In this document: piece after piece, positions 1 to 13,800 of the stretch
How the letters are laid out: every line of letters starts with the position of its first letter
Position numbering within the stretch: the stretch's first letter is position 1
Assembly: GCF_001194135.2 (NCBI RefSeq)
Contig: NC_068996.1
Location: 22,477,683-22,541,361 of the forward strand
Origin: Octopus bimaculoides
Lineage: Eukaryota
Direction: 5' to 3'
DNA length: 63,679 bases
Translations under genes and position numbers: made by a program
Notes under the pieces: model-generated
Told to the model about the DNA's origin: nothing
What the model saw: the letters and a program-made list of their open reading frames with translations, nothing else
The model's database searches: none

Positions 1-109
1 GAAAGTCTGATAGATCTGTCATTTTAATTACCTTTTTCTGATGATATCTGAAAAGAAACAGCAATTTTAGCAAAACGTATTAAGCAACACTAATAATAGG
101 GATAAAGTA

Positions 110-700
110 TGGGAAAAGGAGTTTGGGTCAAGTACATTCTTGTTATAAACAAATGACATAGCTTGTCATATTTAGGGAATAGTGCGAAGTAATACCTTTA
201 AAGAGATAATAGTGATGATGTGGTGTCCAAGTGCCACCTCAAGATATGAGGTGAGTCGTAGTAAGGGGGAACAGAGATGTTAGGAGTTTGAAAGAGTGTT
301 AAGGAGTGCCAAAAGATAAGGAAAAGTGGGGAGGTAGGCAACATCTGTAATATTTAGGTGTGGGAGATGGCTTGAGTTTGGGAAGGTAGAGGAATTCTTG
401 CTAGCAACAGTATTATGTAACGGGTGTTGGACAAGAGAGGGATGACATGTTTGGATTGAGTGCAGGAAAGGGGGGAGGGAGAACAGGCATAATGCCTGAG
501 GAAGATAATTTGTTGGTCCAGTGAGGAGAGGGGATAGGATGACAAATGTTAACCTGTAGGTGTAGAGAATAATATTAATGAAGAGTGGCTATCAAGTGAA
601 ATGATCCTGGATAACAAGTTAGAAAAGTGGAATCAGGAGGGGTAGGAGGTAGGGTAATATGAGGAACCTATTTGTATATATATATAATGCATGTATAGTC
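110..700 (-). mobile_element. Degenerate Penelope-like element fragment (RT C-terminus/GIY-YIG linker)
   Basis: Minus-strand translation ACSPSPLSCTQSKHVIPLLSNT resembles the Cys-rich linker before the PLE GIY-YIG domain. Boundaries approximate. Confidence 0.4.
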
Positions 701-729
701 CTTCAAGAAGTCAGTTTTACTGTGATGAG

Positions 730-1290
730 CAGGTTGTCTCAAAGACTTCACATGACCAGATGTTCCAGTCTTTTGTGAGGCTCTGGGGTCTTGAGGCCAG
801 CCTGCACGACCTCATCCATATTTCATCCTCACCTTCCACCACAGCATCAGATTAGTTCCAAAACTTGGTGTAGCATTCCTCCAGTGTCCCTGGGAAGATT
901 TTTTAACACCTCTTTGATCATGGCCACCAGCTTGGCCTTTGTGTTGCAGGCAGAGATGTTGGTGGCTTTCTCAACTATACCCCACACATAATATTCCATG
1001 AGATTACAATCAGAGGAATTAGGAAGCCAGAAATTGTGGCTAGTGAAGTAGTAGAAATTCTATGACAGTCACTTCTCTTTCTCGAGGTATGGCATGTTGT
1101 CTGTCATGCCTTATAGCCTTTACAGTGTTCTCAGAGCATTGAGCCACAGTCATGATGTTGGCATTTTGATACCCTGCATGAATCATGATACAGGTCACTC
1201 TTTTCTACTGTTCAGATGGCTTCCAGTCCTCCATGTCAGCTAACTTTTTCTCAACTACATCTTTAATCTTTATGCCCTCCTATGCTATTG
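730..1290 (-). mobile_element. Internally deleted Tc1/mariner (maT/DD37D-like) transposon remnant
   Basis: Minus strand gives FWLPNSSDCNLMEYYVWGIVEK (third catalytic Asp motif) and an N-terminal-like segment. Homologous to 45900-46620. Confidence 0.65.
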
Positions 1291-1582
1291 ACTGTTAACC
1301 AACACATCAAGCTGTTCTTCAAAAAAAGGGGACATAAAAATAATCATCAAATTTAGCCCAAACACCCTATGTAAATAGATATATGTGCGTGTATGTGTAT
1401 ATATATATATATATAATGTGTGTGTATGTATACATATGTATAAATGTGTATTTATGTATATGGTTCTAAATTATACAAAAGACAGAAACAGGTGATGCTT
1501 AGGAAGAAGTCTTTGACATGCATGTCTCACCTTTATGGTTGTTTGGAGCCCTAGAAAGATGTTCCAAATGCTCAACTGCAAC

Positions 1583-1620
<38 letters not shown>

Positions 1621-2412
1621 CGAAGTCTGATCAATAAGTATTGGGATTGTTGCCATAGTAATGAAGCTAAAGCATGCAGAGTGAAACCACTTGGCACAGA
1701 TTAACCTTAACCTCTGATGTGCATGCATTGTAGCTGACTTCTGCTGTTTACAGCGTGTGTAATGTGTGATTGTTACATTTTTGATGACAAAGTTGTTATG
1801 GCAATACCTGCTCAGAGGACTATGCAAAGTTGCAGAAAGTGTATGAGCCACACACAAGTGTACAAGTGGTTCAGGTGTTTCCAAGATGGCCGAAAAAAAT
1901 GTCAATATTGATGAACATTCTGGGAGATCTGCAACCAGCACAACTGAGAAAATCATTGCAGATGTGCGTGCAAGGGGAAATTATCAAATCACTATCCGTG
2001 AGTTATCAGAGGATGTGCCGATTTGGGTATGAGACGCGTGTTTGCCAAGTTTGTGCCAAACTGCTTTCAGTTGGCCAAAAAGACACTTGGGTTTGAGTTG
2101 CACAAGATCTCCTTGATTGTGTCAAGAATGATGAAAACTTTGCGTAGGCCTCTGAGCAGGTATTGCCAAGCTTTTGGTAAAATTTGATGTGGATTCTCTG
2201 CTCAACTTTCTCTGTCATGATCAATGTGACAATCACACATTACACGCCTTCCTTCCAAGCTCTGCTGTAAACAGCAGAAGTGAGCTAGAACTAAGTTAAA
2301 ACTTAGTGCTCATGCACAGCAGAGTTCAAGATCAATCTGTGCCAAGCTTCCCTCTGAGTGCTTTAGCTTTGTTGCTATGGCAACAGTCTAGATACTTATT
2401 GATCAGGCCACG
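1621..2412. mobile_element. Mariner-derived non-autonomous element (MITE) with long inverted arms, TA TSD
   Basis: TA|cgaagtctgatcaataagt...acttattgatcaggccacg|TA. The + strand carries the transposase HTH (YKWFRCFQDGRKNV..DEHSGR) and AKFVPxxL; the - strand carries the transposase start MTEKVEQRIHIKFYQKLGNT. Confidence 0.88.
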
Positions 2413-2949
2413 TATGGAAGAAAATTACCATACTTGAAAAGAGGTGAGGGTTTGTGATGGGAAGAGCATATGGCACGTCAACAAATTCCATCCAGTGCAT
2501 GCAAGCATAGAAAGGTGGATGGTAAAATGATAGTGATGGTGTATGTGTATACATGTACATAAGCCTAAACAAAGAGTAGGTTTCTCTCACACCAGCTCTT
2601 GAATAACTGTTGTCTTCTGAATTCATTCACCCTTTTACTGATTTTGTTTTTTCATCTGTCAGAGTATCCAGCACAAACAACACTCTTTACCAAGCAGGGT
2701 TCTTTTAATCACCAAGTACCAAACTGTGGTAGGTTACACTTGGTTACATACTACCAGTAGCACTAAAGTGACCTCTTGTCTCCATTTAGACATCTCTCTG
2801 GGAGAGGAAATGCTCTTTGATAATACATGCAACTTTGATTGCATCTAAGGATATAGACTAGTTCTTCTTTTCAGACAAATGCATACATTGTTTATGACCT
2901 TTTCTCTCAAATAAAAAATTTTCAGGCTTAGACACCACTTGATTTTTAA

Positions 2950-4230
2950 TATCTCTGCTAAGTGTTGGATGCTATGGCTGGCTATAGTGAAAAAAGGCAA
3001 AAAAACTCAGTGAAAAAAGTCCATGATGCAAAGAAGGCATGTATCTACATGGGTAGTTAGCTCTCTGAACGCCTGCTGAAAGAGGTGTTCATCATTACCA
3101 TATTTGTGCAAAAGGGTGTAGACTCCTAGCAAAACTAAAATATTGTATCTGATGGCATTCCTCAAAATCTAGCTGCAAACATTGTGTGTATGTGAGTGTG
3201 TGTGTGTAAGAAAAACACTCATTTAAACCCATCAGTGACATTATACCATGTTCAAATATGAAACATTGTTCCCTTTGTTTCATGGAGTATGTGGATGGCT
3301 CATGTACAGAGATGCTGTATGCTGATAAGTGAGTAATGGAATGACCTGTTGCATTGAAATGGGTGGCGATGTGTTGGCCAAGCAATACATGAGTATTATT
3401 TTGAATGTACTCCTGAAAGTGATTGGCAAGTGATTATCCTATATAAACAGTACTGTAAAATTTGCAGATGACACAGTATATAAGGTTGGAAGATATACAA
3501 CAGAAGTTCAGATTAATGTGGCACTGTGATTAAGGCCTGGTGTTGGATGTAACATTAATGTAGGAGCAGGTGTTGATCATTGGCAAACCTGCTTAAATGT
3601 GTTTGCTTGTGTGGGATACTATGGAACTTCTTATTTGAAAATTGCAAAAGTTTCTATTTTTTTGGAAGACGAGGAGAGGTGGTTCAGGAAAGATTGGAGC
3701 GGTTGTGGATTCAGAAAGTTACAGTTTAGTTTGTCTTTTAATGCAAGAATTGAAAAGTAGAAGTCAAAGAAGTGTGGAATCTTATCTGTATGTGTGCATA
3801 AAGGGGGTGGGGAAAGTAGAGCAGTGGTGTGGTTGATGGGCTGGGCCCAGTGTCATGCAGGGCCCATAACTAATCACAGCTACTTACAAGCCAGGGAAAA
3901 AATGTCAGTATAGCAGTATTGGCAAAACTGAAGGAATTGAGAGAATGGTATGGCAGATTTAGTGTGGTCAGGATACGAGGAAGAGTAGTGGATATTGGAA
4001 TGGATTCAGTAGGTTATCAGTGGACAGGTGGACATTGTTGATAGTAATGGAGATATTGAGAAAACTAATGGAGGTATAGCATATAGTAGTGATAAATTCC
4101 AAGGTAAGGCCAAAGAAGTTAGCAACAGGTTATTACTTTTCAAATCAACAGGAATCTGTTGGATGAAAATGATTGATCAACTGTCCAATCAGCTTTAAAT
4201 GTTTGTCTGATGAGCTACTAAATATTTATC
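2950..4230 (-). mobile_element. Degenerate Penelope-like retroelement (RT C-terminus and GIY-YIG endonuclease)
   Basis: Minus strand gives SSNLIYCVICKFYSTVYIG (GIY-YIG) at ~3440-3500, HIATHFNATGHSITHL...QREQCFIFEHG...GLNECFS at 3095-3385, and an RT-like SISFLNISITI segment at ~4040-4090. Confidence 0.72.
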
Positions 4231-4481
4231 ACTGCAGCATTTATAAACATAACCTGTCATATCTTTAAAAAAAAACATGGCTGATGAAACTCTTGAGTAA
4301 CAATTTGGGAAGAGTTTTTTTGGGTTTTTTTTCAGTAAAGCACTATATTTTATTCTACTTTTGGTATTTGAGTGTTATTTTATCCATTTTGTTTTGCACC
4401 TATGTGCTCACATATGCATGTATGTATGTGTACATATATATAATCATGTCTACAGGTGTGTGTACACACACAACACATTCA

Positions 4482-4700
4482 CATCATCATTAAATGTCTG
4501 CTTTTCATGCTGGCATGGGTGGATAGTTTGACAGGACCCATCAAGCTGTAGGACTACATTTGGCTCCACTGTCTGCTTTGGTGTGCTTTCTATGGATGAA
4601 TGCTCTTCCTAACATCAACCACTTTACAGTGTGTACTGGGTACCTTTTCATGCTACCAGCACTAGTGATGTCACCTACAAGGACTAGGCTGACCAAGATA
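4482..4700 (-). repeat. RTE-type 3' tail repeat ending in (GAT)n
   Basis: Reverse complement of the motif ...ccacccatgccagcatgaaaagcagacatttaatgatgatg, shared with the 3' end of the RTE at 30810-31005. Confidence 0.7.
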
Positions 4701-4749
4701 CTCTCATGCAATGTGACCAAATGAGGTTTATTTTTCAACAGTTTCCCTT

Positions 4750-5470
4750 GCAGTACACCTATTCCTACCATTGGTGATACAGTGCTTGGACCCCATTGCT
4801 GAAGAAACTTTCTTCCTGTTGGTCAAAAAGTCATCAACAGCAGATATGACATCATTACTGCAATATTGGTTCCCACAATCACGCACAGCAGCCATTGAAA
4901 GCAAAGATTTGTATGTTGGAGTATTGTTTTAATAAAATAAGACTCCTTTTGTCAGTTTTCCTGGGTGTTTGGTCTTGATAGCCTTTCGTAATTGCCTCAG
5001 CAAGTTGGCATAATACTCTCCATTGACAGTGTGGCCATTTTGAAGTTAGTCAATAAACACAATACTTTTTGCATCCCACAAAACTGAGGTCATCACCTTC
5101 CCTGCTGAAATGACCATATCCTTCTTTGAGCAGTTGAAGAGGAGTGTTTCCACTGCATGGATTGTCTTTTTGTCTCTGGCTCAAGATGAAGAAGCCAAAC
5201 TCATCCTAGCTTACATAGAAACTAACTGGATCTGCCTGAAATAATGTCAGATTTTCCCATGATGTGACCAGCCTGTGTGGTGGCAGTTGAAGGACACTCA
5301 GACCTTGGGTTATTTTCAAGACTCTCCCTTCCCCTCCTAAATTCAGCTGTCCACTTTTGCATTGTTGATGAAGCTGGAACATCATCCCCTAATGTAGCAA
5401 CCATGTCAGCATGAATGTCTGCAGGCACTTGATCACACCATGATGCTGAATTTTGTTCATTTTCAAGAGA
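4750..5470 (-). mobile_element. Internally deleted mariner transposase remnant (irritans-like)
   Basis: Minus strand gives MQKWTAEFRRGRESLENNPRS (HTH) and SAGKVMTSVLWDAKSIVFIDxLQNGHTVNGEYYANLLRQLRKAIKTKHPGKLTKGVL. Second partial copy at 48330-48620. Confidence 0.78.
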
Positions 5471-5884
5471 AGTCACTAACTACCCTCTATTCCTCTTACC
5501 TTCCCCCTCACCTATATCAAATTCACATTTATACACCTTCCTCTACTCCCTATCACCTAATTTCACACCTTCACATATCTCAGGCAACTACCTGTGCACT
5601 ACACTGCTTACACACATCCCCATGTTCCCATTTCCCTATATGGACACCCTCCTACACATGAACACACCATCCTGCCACCTTTCTTTCTTCCTAACTTCTC
5701 CCCATAGAACCACATTCCCACCTGGCTCCTAAACTTTTTTTTTTAAGAAGGAATAGAATCTGAAACATTAAGATGCTTTCTCTTACTTTACATGCATTAT
5801 GCTAGCAATACCTTTAGTTAAAACTTGACCTATTCCTTGTGTCTTTTTTCTTGTTTTTGTTCATTCATCATGTGTGTGTGTATA

Positions 5885-6150
5885 TACAGGATGTGGTGAA
5901 TATATTGTTGTCTAAATTATGCAGAAAAGAAAATAACACTGACATCTTATTTTAACAGATATATTTACCAAAATTACATGAAAATATCTTGAAATACTAA
6001 AGAGTAAATTTATTCTATAAAATCGCCATTGGCTTCAACCACAGCCTCCAGATGACTTCAGAACCTTCTGTAACTCTTCTGGATGGTCTCCTTGTTTAAG
6101 TTGTTGAATGTTGCCATAATCCTGGTTATTCTGTATGTTCACCATCTGTT
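5885..6150 (-). mobile_element. 3' end of a Tc1/mariner (maT-like) transposon
   Basis: Minus strand gives KETIQKSYRRF*SHLEAVVEANGDFIE*, a typical C-terminus, followed by a TA-CAGG terminus near 5885. Confidence 0.55.
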
Positions 6151-6184
6151 TGTATTGGAGCTTCTGGCACAAATGCTAAGCAGT

Positions 6185-6570
6185 ACAGCCATGCTGGGAT
6201 ACCCCAAGTACTAATTTTTTTTTATAAAGTCTGGTTGGTCACTTTTGTCGAACTGTTAAGTTATGGGGATGTAAACAAACACTGGTTGTCATGTAGTAGC
6301 AAGATATGAACACACACATTTAATGGGCTTCTTATAGTCTCATCATCATCATTTAATTCCGCTTTCCATGCTGGCATGGGTTGGACAGTTTAACTGAGGA
6401 CTGGCAAGCCAGGAAGCTACACCAGGCTCCAATCTGATCTGGTAAGATTTCTACAGCTGGATGCCCTTCCTAATGCCAACCTACGAAATCCATTCACAAG
6501 GCTTTAGTTCCCCTGGAGCTCTTGTAGACACTTGCCCAAAGTGCAATGCAGTAGGACTGAATCTGAAACC
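6185..6570 (-). mobile_element. tRNA-headed SINE (family 1) interrupted by a nested RTE-tail repeat at ~6341-6480
   Basis: Flanks match the reverse complement of 63335-63679; the middle matches the (GAT)n-tailed repeat. Confidence 0.7.
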
Positions 6571-9500
6571 ATATATATATATAATATGAATGTATTTAGC
6601 TCTTGTAAATTTAGAAGAAACTGAGGTAAGAATACTGCTTGTATGCATTCTAATCCTTATTAATACCAAAGATTATTCAAATAGAACCTGGCTTATATTT
6701 GCAATGTTGTGGAAATAGCTAATGTGGCAGTGACTGAATATAAGTTAAGCATAACTAAATTAACCTATGAGAATAACCAATTGAAAAGATTAGTTCCATA
6801 TAGGCATAAGAGATAATTATCAATTTGGTAACTTGAGTGTCCAATTCAACATTAGATATTACAGCTGAAATATTATATAGTACAGTTGATATGCTATAAG
6901 ATTCAGAGGAAATTGAACTAGTTAACTTTCATACAATATTGAAATTTCTCACTCTAAATAATGGCTGCTTTTTCAGCAAATACTCAATTGCAGCAATGTT
7001 TGAAGAAAGAAAAATTAAAGCTCTGATAGTCTAATGAATTTAATAATGACTCTTGCAAAATAATGCTAGGCTATCTGAGTACCAAATGTCATATTCTGTG
7101 TAAGGAATATGAAACCAAGTTCAAAAGTTTTACAGTGTAGTATTGATTCTGTTGAAACTTCAGATGTGAAAAATAGTTCTGGCAGCAAGATGATTGTCAG
7201 TATAGTCAACATAGTACCATTTCTATCTGGAACAATGTTGCAGAATAAAAGACAGTGGATTAGTCCAGTAAAATACAGAAGAGCTTTTCGTTGTTTGGTT
7301 AAACAATTAAGATGGTACAAGCTATCATAAGAGCTTGAACTAGTAAAAGAAACAATGATAGTCAATTTAGCTTGTGTGAGTTCATATGGCTAATCTCAAG
7401 TTATAAAGCATGAAAATATACATGTCAAAATGTGACTAATAGAAAAAAAGATCTTTATATCAAAGACCCATATTCTCGACATTACATACATTTTTGTTTG
7501 TCTTTTTTCTTCTATCAGTGATACAATCTTATAAATAAATATAAAAAATACGAATAAGAAATCCTCTATGCAAGCATTATATCATTCCCTTTTGTGTTCA
7601 TCTGAAGTAGGAATTCTTAAAAATTCTTCTTTTGATTCCTTTGTATTTGTTTATAATGCTCACTACTTCAGGAGTCTCAACAGAGATGAATACATCTTTT
7701 GTAGTTTGTAGAATTGGAAATCTTCTTTTCTGATGCACATCTATTTCATGTGTAAATTATCTTCCTTCTGCTAAGGTTTTATTTCATATTACTAATTGCA
7801 TTACTTGCACAAAACTGAATTACTAGATGGTTGCTTTCTATACATATTTGTATACTAACTATAGCTATAATCATGTTCTTTTCATTTTCACAGTTCTTTC
7901 CAGTCTTGCTTCTATAGATATGCTTCATTCTGAATATAACATTAATTTGTATGCAATCTTAATATTATGCATACATTCACCTTCATAATTTAGTCTGTAG
8001 GTATTCTGTAGATGCATATCCTCATCGTATCATTTTATTTCACAGCAGTTTCTGGTGAAGTTCACTTAATAATATTGTCACTATTGGATTTTGCTCATTA
8101 TTTGGTTTCATAAATTATTAATCAATTATATCCTCTATAGTGTTAAGACTAGTTTTTCTGTCTTTACATCTAAAGAGTAAGTTGCCTTCATTTGAGACAA
8201 TTATCTATTTCATATTTTTGTCCTTTATTCTTTTTTTATTATGATTTATTTTTATTAGTATTCCAAAACTATTTAATGTTGTGATCATTAATTTAACCAT
8301 TACTTATACTTCTTTGGAGTAGAGGTTCAACTCAATTATGTTGTTGCCTTTGATCTCTGTTAGTTTGTTGACCAGAAACACTTCTGCTAACTTCTCAGAA
8401 TTTTTACTTATCTCTAGTAAGTTTTGGTTTCTCAGTGTGTTATATTTGAAATCAAATATATATTCTTCTATGCTGTTGGTCTGGTATATTGGTAAATGTT
8501 TAAAACTAAAGAACTTTAAAAAAAAATTTTTCAATGTCCAGAAGGATTTATACCATCCAATGAATCTAAATAATATCCATTGAAAATAATTATGCTAATG
8601 TATTTTACTATATTAAGAATGCAATATTTTAATCACATGTATTCTATTGATGTAAATAGAAGAATGCTAACACTTGGAATATCTAGTTAGAATTCACCAC
8701 TAACATTCATTGTAATGTAAAATGCCTTCTAATTTCAATTACGTCATAGGACTTCGTGATGTAAATAGATGAGAAATAAATCTTTTCCTTGAATATTATG
8801 ACAATGCTCAATAACGTGTAACATACTCAGGACTTAGGTGAACTTTGGCAATTTAGAATAAAGTGTAGTTAAAAAATGAAACACTTGCTGTATATTTGAA
8901 CTCATAGCTTATGAAGTATCCTAGTGCACTCTTAACTCTTAAAGTCCTGCAGGGCTTTTTTACTTTCTTTGTATAAAATCATGAAAATATAATTAAAACA
9001 TGTTTGGATGAAATTTGTTGATACAATATGAAAGATTGTGACGTTGACATTTACTGTTACAGTTGATTTTTGTTGCTGTCATATCACTTTCACCTGCTAA
9101 GATAGGTTGAGAAAAGTTAAGTTGATTAGACATGGGTGTTTTACATATATTTACAAGATATTGATTCCTGGATGTCAATTCTCAGAACTGTATTAATGTT
9201 TCTATTTGCCTGTAATTTGGAAGCTACATAACTTCTTATAGAAAGAAAAATCCAATATAAGCCTTAATTGCTTCCTTTTAAAGGTTTTGTAAGACACAAC
9301 AAGTAACATTATTTGCTCTTAATGTAATAATTATGCCTTTCTCATAAATCTACCATTATACAGATCCTTAAATTTAGTCTTAGTTTTTTTACAAACACTT
9401 TCTCAAGGCTGTGGCCAAAGCATAAGCATATATTTTTTTCTATTTTGTTGTAGCTTTTGTAAGAAAAATTTTATTTGTAATGCAATCATCAAAATAAAAT

Positions 9501-9879
9501 TTGACTAAATACAAATCAGATGAAACTAAACATCAATTGAGTGTCATTGTTTAATACTAGGGCAGCATTAATTGATCAAAATTCATGACTATTCTGTCTT
9601 AATATCAGGATTGCATTGTCTTCCTTCTGTATATTTTCCTAATAGCAGCATGTTATAATCAATGTTGGTTATTTAAAGTTAGTGATTGAAAATAAATGTC
9701 CCAAGCCAGGTGAGACAACTCAGCCCGAGGCCTTGCTCACTTTGTGGCAAATTGTTTCACCTGGTCTGGGATATTCAGTATTCTTTAATGCTTGGTGTTA
9801 TGTAGGGAACATTCTCAGGATGCTATCCTGTAGCAAATTGGCACATAAACAAAACACATACAATATGTGGCATACATAT

Positions 9880-10010
9880 ACTGAGTGTAAATGGGTTAGG
9901 GTTGATTCATGATCATAAGATTGTGGGTTAAATTCCTGGACATTTTATGTCCTTGAGCAAGGTACATCATTTCCCATTGCTCCAGTCTACTCAGTTAAAA
10001 ATAAGTACCA
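9880..10010 (+). mobile_element. Degenerate tRNA-headed SINE (family 3)
   Basis: gtccttgagcaagg...ctccagtctactcag core, similar to 48823-49060. Confidence 0.45.
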
Positions 10011-11559
10011 GCCTATCATATTAGTTTTGAGGTGTATCTTTCTGAGCTTCAGAATAATAATTTCTTCAGCCTTACTCTATCCCTAAATTTGTATAATATT
10101 CCTGTTTCCCAATTTCAACATACATTTACTTGCATTTCATATTCAAAGTGTAATAATGTTTTTTTGCATGTTGCTAATGCCCAATTGTTTACATAACTTA
10201 ATTGTATTCAGAAGTCTGTCAATTTCATGTCATTCATTAAAGAATCAAACTTATCTTCTTTCCGAAAATCCTCAAAAGTTACCATCCTCATACAAATACG
10301 TCTTATACACACACACACACACACGTATGAGAGGTGACTCCAGGTCATCATCGTCACTTGGACTCATCACAGATCTCACACAAGACACTTGCCTGCTTAA
10401 AGAACTTCATGTTTTTCCGCAATATTTCCAAATATTTCAAATAGCTTATTTTTTTTAATATCTAACACTGTCTTTCTTCTTTTCTAAGTTAAAGGTAAAA
10501 ATGAAGCAACCCTGCAAAACACAACTGATCTTTAGACAGACACACAGAATAACAGCAATCAAATAATGACAACAGAGTGCACAACAAACATCTGCAATCT
10601 GACTGTCACCCGTACTCTTGACAAAAGATGTCAATTAGTCTTTTACACCTACCAGGCTCGTTTGTATTAGTCTGAATTGCTAGATAATTTTTCGTTCCTT
10701 TAAGAATATTGTAGAACAGAAACTTTTCATAGATTAGAATTTAAATCCTAATCTCTATAGAAATTTATTGTTTCAAGAAAACATTGAATTTGAATTACTT
10801 TTAATTTTTACGATTATAAGGAACAACTCAGGCTGTAACTTCTGAGCCTGATTCAGGTGCATGTGAACAATGTCGAGAGAATGTCTATTACAAATGATAT
10901 TTTTTGACACAGGACATCTCTAAGACAATCACCAGACGCTGAACGAAAATAGATGAACTGTGACCAAGTTTAATAAAAAGAGCCCAAGTTATTGGCTGCA
11001 TTTACATACTTGAAGTCAGTGTTGGCAGAAATTAAATAAGCTTGCAAATACACGTTCGCTTTACTAAATTTATACTTGGGCTAAGCCCGAACAGCCTGAG
11101 TGCCAGAGTCGCCACTGATATATATATATATATATAAATATTAAATAAAATAAAATAATTCACTTGTGGTAATAGTAGTTTGCAACATATTTTCCTTCTA
11201 CTACATACTATGCTGTCATTGACTTCAATCTCAATACTAATTAGATCTCTTATATAACAACCTAACCTGTTACTACCCCTAGTAAACTGTCATAAAGTTT
11301 ATGTTGATTCATATTCTGTTTCTTACCTTACCTTATTGAATTGCTAAATTTGGCAGAGCCTCACTGCAATTCCACTTGAAATTTGAAGATAACTTCTTAG
11401 AAAATAATCATATCACATTCTCTTTTCTTTGTTTTGGAGGCCTCTTCTGCATTCACCTTAGCTGTGTTCAATTTCAAACTTCTTTATTTAATGTCCCTTA
11501 TTTAAAACATCAAAGAATTTATGTTTAGGATTTATTTGTTGGCATCATTACACTCATTT

Positions 11560-13800
11560 TTCTTTGCTTGCAAGTGATACATGTATCTTCTCCAGGACAT
11601 TCTTTTCATATGTTGTGATCATTTGTCATCTTGTTCATAAGGATCAGCATTTTGAGACCACCATTTCTCTTCATATCTTCCATATTTCTCAGTTTTCCTC
11701 CTTCATAGTTTCCTTCATATACATTAGCATACCAATGCAGTTTCCTTCATTACACACATTTTTTACTCTGTTTTTTTTTTCTTTCAGCTCATTTGTGCTC
11801 TTTCATTTAATACACATTAACATTACATATCTAATAGAACGTATTCAATTCATGTCTTTCTAGTTTTCACACATTCTCCATATTCAATACCTACATTTTG
11901 CTACTATACATCACATTTTGTTGAGATAATAGCTCTCAAAATTTTTCCTACCCTTTTCTTCCTTTGACTGCCATGTTTTCAGAACATCCACCTCCACAAG
12001 TAATTAGAACATTTAGGTAAGAAAAACTATCAACTACTTCTATGGGGCCTTGTAAGGTTTTGAAATAATTTATTTAATGAGTGCTCTTACTGCTAAATAC
12101 TCCTTGCATCTGCCCTACAGAAAGCCTTTCTTTGCCAACTTGTCTGTGATCCATTAACATATCTTGTGTCCCATAGTTTACATCAAATATTCAATATGGA
12201 ATTCCTATCTACTCTATTTCTGCATCTTGAACATAGCCACTTTTCAAAAGGCAGTTATTTTTATCTTCTTTCAGCATCATCTAATGTATGTCTTCCATGC
12301 TGTTATGTGTTATGCTGTTCGACAAGATCTAACAAGTTGGAGGAGTGCTTCATGCTCCAGTGTTAACTTTTGCATAGTTTCTATGGCTGGTTGCCCTTCT
12401 TAACACCAACTACTTTACTAACTGTAGTGGATGCTTTGTCTTGGCTTCAACACTTATGAAGTCATCTCACAACAAGGGCATAAAATAACCCCTATTACTG
12501 AAAGAGAGGTGCAATAATTCTAGGCAAGAAATGAGAAATAGTAAAACATAAGAAGAAACAGATTTATAATTCTGTGAGCATGGTAGTGGAGAGCTGCTAA
12601 TCAAGCCTTTTGTCCTTACTAGAATTACTTTAAAGCCTCCAATTTTAGGTTTTGCTTCTGTTTGGAATTTGTTCTAAATCTTTGATAGGTTCAGCTAAAA
12701 GAACTAGGCTGTTCAAAGTATGAGATCTCTGCAGGTAGCCAGTCTAAAACTTTTTTGTTATTATCTAAACAAATAGTAGGTGACTAAGAACCAAGCCCTG
12801 ATGGTCACCTACCTGCATTCCAAATTCTTTGCTAAACTAATCTTCATGTTGCTGTTGACATCTCTGTATATAGCTTTTATGGCTCTAAACTACACCGAAC
12901 CACTCATCAACTTAGTGCTCATAAGATTACAGAGCATGGAACCTTTCCAGATGATGAATACTAGGTGCAATGGTGTACTCTTAGTTTTCTCTTCCTCTGC
13001 AGTCAGAAAACTCTCATAGTAACATTTCAAAGTCTGTTTCTTCTCAGTGTTGGTGAGAGTAAGTGTACTGTTGTCATTCTGAACACATATTTTTCCAACA
13101 ACATGGCGACTCACCATAGCACAGCTTTGCAATCCAGAATACCTCATATCTCTGATCCATTCATTGCAGAACATATACTTTCTGCTTCTCTACTTTCAGC
13201 TTTCTTATTGTTCTTATTTTTCCCTTCCAATTTTCCAAGCCTAGGAATTCCTAGTTCTCTTGTATGTCATAGGCCTACATCTCACCCTTCTTTTGTACAT
13301 ATACATCTCTTAGAACTGCTTGAACTTATGTCTGGTAGAGGGCCTGTCTTCAGTTTTTCATACCTTTCTTCTTCAGTTTGTATTTTGCTTTTGAGTTCAT
13401 TTAGCTCTTATTTTAAAGTCACTAGTCTTTGTTGAGTTGTACATTCTTCACTGGCGAATGACTTAGTATTCATGATTATCTGTTTATCATGGTGAGTTTG
13501 AAGGCTATCTGGCTTGTGTGTTCACCTGAGTGACAAGTGATCAGGTGGCTGGTCAGTTTTCCTTATTACAAATGGGTGAAGTCATTTGTGTCATAAAAAT
13601 TCCAAGATCATTTAATCCTTCTTCTTCATACTATATTCTTAGTTTTCATGTTTACTAGTGCAGCTAACATAGTGTTACCCAATATGTCTATTAAAGTGAC
13701 CAGCCATTTTAACAAGTTTGCTGTCATCTATTTTCAAATTGGTCTGTAAGAGAGCCTTATAGAAGCAGCTATGCTTATCTACCAGTCTTGATTGTGGCTC
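11560..13800 (-). mobile_element. Degenerate RTE-clade LINE (APE endonuclease, RT and C-terminus, with deletions)
   Basis: Minus strand gives AGHFNRHIG and HLITCHSGEHTSQI (APE), EKKQTLKCYYE, RAIKAIYRD...EFGMQVGDHQGLVLS (RT), and a C-terminus similar to 30480-30590. Confidence 0.65.

Noticed and set aside
10820-11120. Possible restriction-like endonuclease or Helitron end
   Set aside because: Only vague motif resemblance; I could not confirm diagnostic residues or termini.
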